Made by a program: the position numbers and the translations under genes. From the NCBI RefSeq assembly GCF_009914755.1, contig NC_060928.1: a stretch of 64,000 bases of DNA; one strand, written 5' to 3'. Under the pieces are notes generated by a model. It worked only from the letters and a program-made list of their open reading frames with translations, made no database searches and was not told the origin of the DNA. Positions 1-64,000 of the stretch are shown here, in pieces; within the stretch, counting starts at the first letter, position 1, and each line of letters begins with the position of its first letter. This stretch comes from the human T2T-CHM13v2.0 reference genome, Homo sapiens.

Positions 1-41
1 CAAATGGTGACCTCTTGTGATGAAGTAGTAGTAAATATTTT

Positions 42-168
42 CTTTTTTTTTTCTTTTTTTGAGACAGAGTTTTGCTGTTGTTGCCCAGGCTGAAGTGCAG
101 TGGCACAGTCTCGGCTTGCTGCAACGGCTGCCTCCTGGGTTCAAGCAATTCTCCTGCCTCAGCCTCTC
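42..168 (-). mobile_element. 5'-truncated Alu with TSD AAATATTTTC
   Basis: poly-T + GAGACAGAGTTTTGCT...; flanking direct repeat. Confidence 0.85.
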
Positions 169-312
169 GAAATATTTTCAGTATACATATGTGACCCAAA
201 AGGTCAGTGACCCAAAAGTTCACTGGCCCAAATGTTCCAAGAAGAAAGAGTAAGAATTAATCTAAATATATCCACCATATCGCACTAAGAAGCAATCCAT
301 TTATCTGGGTTA

Positions 313-10148
<9,836 letters not shown>

Positions 10149-10439
10149 CGCGCCGGTCGCGGGGCGCCTCCTGAGCGGACGGCGTTCGCAACAACGAAGA
10201 GAAAGCGAAGGCAGCGGCCCAGAGGCCGGGCGTCCCCCTTTCGCGCCTCGGCTGTGGGGGCGGCACAGTCTTGGCACTGGCAGACGCCAACTGCGCGCGC
10301 CCCGAGCCTCGGCAGCGCCCAGCCGCCGGCAGTGGGCTGTGGGCTACGAGCCGGAGCCGCGGCTGGTGGGGCCTGGGAAGTGCAGCGTCTCCCTGACGCT
10401 TGGAGGAGCGGCGTAAAGTTCCGGGACAGCGATTGGTGT

Positions 10440-10643
10440 AGAGCGCGGTCACTCAGGCCCAGAAAGTGCTTCCTGTGCCGGGGGAGGTGGGTACAGGGAA
10501 GTCTCGCCTGTTGGAACTGGCTGTGGGGCTGCGGCGGTGGGGACGGGCCACGGCGTTCTGTGACATCCCCCCGCCTCCCCTCGTCTTCTCCCGGCTGGCG
10601 GCGACCGGCCTCAGCTGCAGCGGGCCCGGGGCGTGGGGCCTGG
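10440..10643 (+). other. TRAPPC11: TRAPPC11 non-coding exon 1 (5' start approximate)
   Basis: Strong donor TGG|gtgagt at 10644; no ATG in the segment; exon 2 begins 21 nt before the ATG, so an upstream exon is required. Confidence 0.75.
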
Positions 10644-11473
10644 GTGAGTCCGGGCCCGGAGACCCGCGGGGCCAGGCGGGACCGCCGAGGAAGAGAGCTA
10701 GCTCTTAACAATGCTGGTTTGGGGGCCTGCGTTTTGCAATCCCATCGACGGGTGCAATCCTGGCACTTCTCTTTTAGACCCGAGGAAAGACGCACCCGTT
10801 TCTAGGGCCTCCCAGGTTTAAGACGGGGGAATAAGAGGAGGAAGATATCTGCCTTTAGGGACTGCAAGGTTATTTCTCTACCTTTCCTCACTGGAGCTAC
10901 CAGAACAGATACTGGGACCATGGGGACGGTGTTTCTCCTACGTTGGATTGTTGCTTCTCATCTTTAACATCGAAACATCATTTCGTCCCCACACTGTCGT
11001 TCCTCTTTTGTTCGTTTTGTAGTTGAACATCTCTGAATCCCATTCTTAGCAGCCTTGTGTCCTAACACCCTGAACTTCCAGTTAGTTAAAAGAAAAAAAA
11101 AGTAACCACATTAGGTTTTGGGGTTTTTTTTAGTTGCCAATTTGATTGGGTCACCTTTCTTATCTTTCACGCTAGTTTCCAGTTTACTTCCCTTGCATTA
11201 CTTGATCTCCCATCCATTATTCACCTTCTATAGCTGCGCCTCCTTTCGTGTATAGTTTCGTTGGTTGCTCCATTGGATATCTGAAAATTTCTCCTTCCAG
11301 CCTGTCATTGAAATCCATTCGATCTGCGCCTGTGCGTTATCGGGGTTCTCATTCAAATTCCTTTGCTGCAGAATAAGCACGACCATTTCAGGTGACATAG
11401 GAGAATGTGGCAAGACTTTCTGATACAATTTTCGTGCAGCAATTTTGGGACACATTTCCCATAATTTAGATCT

Positions 11474-11765
11474 CTGCTGTCCAGTTCTGTAGCCAGTAGC
11501 TACATCAGGCATTTGAAATAGGCTAGTCTGAATTGAGATGTGCTGTGAGTGTGAAATACACACCAGATTTTGAAGACTCAGTACAAAAAAAGGTAAAATA
11601 TGTCATTAATAACTTTTATATTATTGTCAGTATGATAATATTTTGGACATACTGTACTGCGTTAAATTGAATATTAAAATGAATTCCATCCACGTTTTAC
11701 TTTTTAATATGACTGCTAGAAATTTTTAATTTATTTATGTGACTTGTATTTCTATTGGATGACAG
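11474..11765. mobile_element. MER33/MER3-type hAT-Charlie element
   Basis: GCTGTCCAG...GGCTAGTCTGAATTGAGATGTGCTGTGAGTGTGAAATACACACCAGATTTTGAAGAC...CTATTGGA. Confidence 0.75.
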
Positions 11766-11877
11766 TCATTTTTAGTTCCTCTTATTTCAACTCCATATTT
11801 AAAGACCACAGCTATGTCTTTTGGGCCTCTGGAGTTATTACAGGAAATGGCCTCTAGTCTAGACTCGTTCATATTAA

Positions 11878-12209
<332 letters not shown>

Positions 12210-12482
12210 GGTCACCCCTTTTTAATTTTCATTCCTACATTACCCAGAACTAGACTGTTTCTTTCTCTGAACATGCAATCCTTTGCCCTCATAACTTAAT
12301 CCTGTCCTAAAAATATTTAAACAATTCTAAAACAATCTGTTGTAGACATTTCTGGCAAGCTTTGCAAATCATTTATTGAATACCTGTTGTTCTTTCAGTA
12401 TGTAAACATGAGAAGACTAATAGTCTTTCCTAAATTAACCTTTCAGTTGAAAATATTCCATGTTTTGGGGATTAGGTATTAG

Positions 12483-12877
<395 letters not shown>

Positions 12878-12954
12878 TTAAAAGAGCCTCATGACACATT
12901 CTTTTTCAAATAAGATTATATTTAAAATGTAGTGATAATTTTGTTTGGAATAAC

Positions 12955-13261
12955 TTTTTTTTTTTTTTTTTTTTTTGTGGCACAATCTTGCTCTGTCACC
13001 CAGGCTGGAGTGCAGTGGCACAATCATAGTTCACTGTAACTTTAAACACCTAGACTCAAGTGATCCTCCCATCTCAGCCTCCCAAGTGGCTGGGACTACA
13101 AGTGAGCACCACCATGCCCGGCTATTTTCTTTTTTATTTCTTTTAGAGACAGGATCTCACTATGTTTCCCAGGCCAGTCTTGAACTCCTGGCCTCAACAA
13201 TCCTCTGGCCTTGTCCTCCAAAAGTGCTGGGATTATAGGCATGAGCCACTTGTGCCTTACC
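12955..13261 (-). mobile_element. Old Alu (AluJ-like)
   Basis: Diverged antisense dimer. Confidence 0.85.
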
Positions 13262-13310
13262 TGAATTCTCTGTAATATGCTGGTATAGATTATCTTTTAA
13301 AAGAACCTCA

Positions 13311-13650
<340 letters not shown>

Positions 13651-14259
13651 TTATATACTTATAAAGTCAGGGCATACGTTAGATTTATTATGGACTGATT
13701 CTTAGCTAAAGGACGCAGTGGAAACATCCTCCGAGAGGTTTCCATTCATTGTTAGTTTTTCCCTTACAGATTTTTCTTTAAAGAGTAAATTTTATATTGT
13801 GGGAAATGAGACAACATAGCTACTATTTAGATAATTACATAAATTAAAGGCTATTTTAATAATATCCTAGGTATTCAGAAATTCAATATTAGCAATTACA
13901 GAGAAATTAGGGGAAGTTTATTATATGTAAGTCAACTGTTTTTCTTTTATATTTTTCTTTCAATATATTTTTCTTTTATAGTTGAAATAGATCATGTAGA
14001 TCTATTTTAATTTTATCACCTTCTTGCTTTCTTGGTCTACTAATTTCAAAGTTCTGTGTGCATTTTGAGACATTACTGAAAATGCCGATTTGTCTTAAAG
14101 TTGACTTCATTTTTAACATGAAAGATTTTTTCTTAAATGTCATATAGTTATTACATTTTAATAGATCTAATTCAGGAATTAAAGTTTTCCCTTTTTCTCT
14201 CTTCTGTTTGTTTGACAGTTTGCAGATACTCAAAGCCTTTTGCCTTTTTGTAATGATTA

Positions 14260-14865
<606 letters not shown>

Positions 14866-14932
14866 TTGTAATGATTATTTTTTTGTAATGATTTTTAAAT
14901 AGAGATTCATATATTGGAAATGAATATGAGTT

Positions 14933-14987
14933 GTTTTTTTTTTTTTTTTTTTTGAGACAGAGTTTTGCTCTTGTTGCCCAGGCTGGA
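14933..14987 (-). mobile_element. Extremely 5'-truncated Alu with 16-bp TSD
   Basis: GAAATGAATATGAGTT at 14917..14932 and 14988..15003. Confidence 0.9.
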
Positions 14988-15008
14988 GAAATGAATATGA
15001 GTTTTTAA

Positions 15009-63841
<48,833 letters not shown>

Positions 63842-64000
63842 TGTTCAAGACCGGCCCTTGGCTGTTGTTACAGAGATGTTGGGCAGAGCTATGCAGGTGT
63901 TTCATTGTGAACTCTAGCTTTGATCATGGTAAAAAGTTAACCTTTTCTATTTTTTAATGGATGTTATACCAACTATTCAGAGGAACTCATACTTCAAAAA

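Overview
Human/primate genomic DNA, AT-rich with about 50 Alu copies. Two genes lie head-to-head around one CpG-island promoter (~9.9-10.8 kb). RWDD4 is on the - strand, coding exons 1-5 in the window, with the 3' end running off the left edge. TRAPPC11 is on the + strand, with a non-coding exon 1 and 29 coding exons. I joined the coding exons by hand at GT-AG boundaries into a 3402-nt CDS (1133 aa + TGA, 15066..63841). Gene names and the 4q35.1 location come from recognising the translated proteins, not from a search. Introns hold Alu, MIR, L1M, L2, L3/CR1, MLT1, MER/Tigger elements and three U6 snRNA pseudogenes. No prokaryote-type system is present. The top observation is a 119-nt exitron inside TRAPPC11 exon 29 with a minor-spliceosome-like donor (GTATCCT) and a close branch motif. 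Removing it would give a frameshifted, NMD-escaping 1086-aa isoform. Other observations: a 5'UTR G-quadruplex rebuilt across the exon 1/2 junction, several local templated, inverted or long-TSD duplications, and a candidate ancient U6-L1 chimera. Repeat boundaries and subfamily calls are by eye and approximate.
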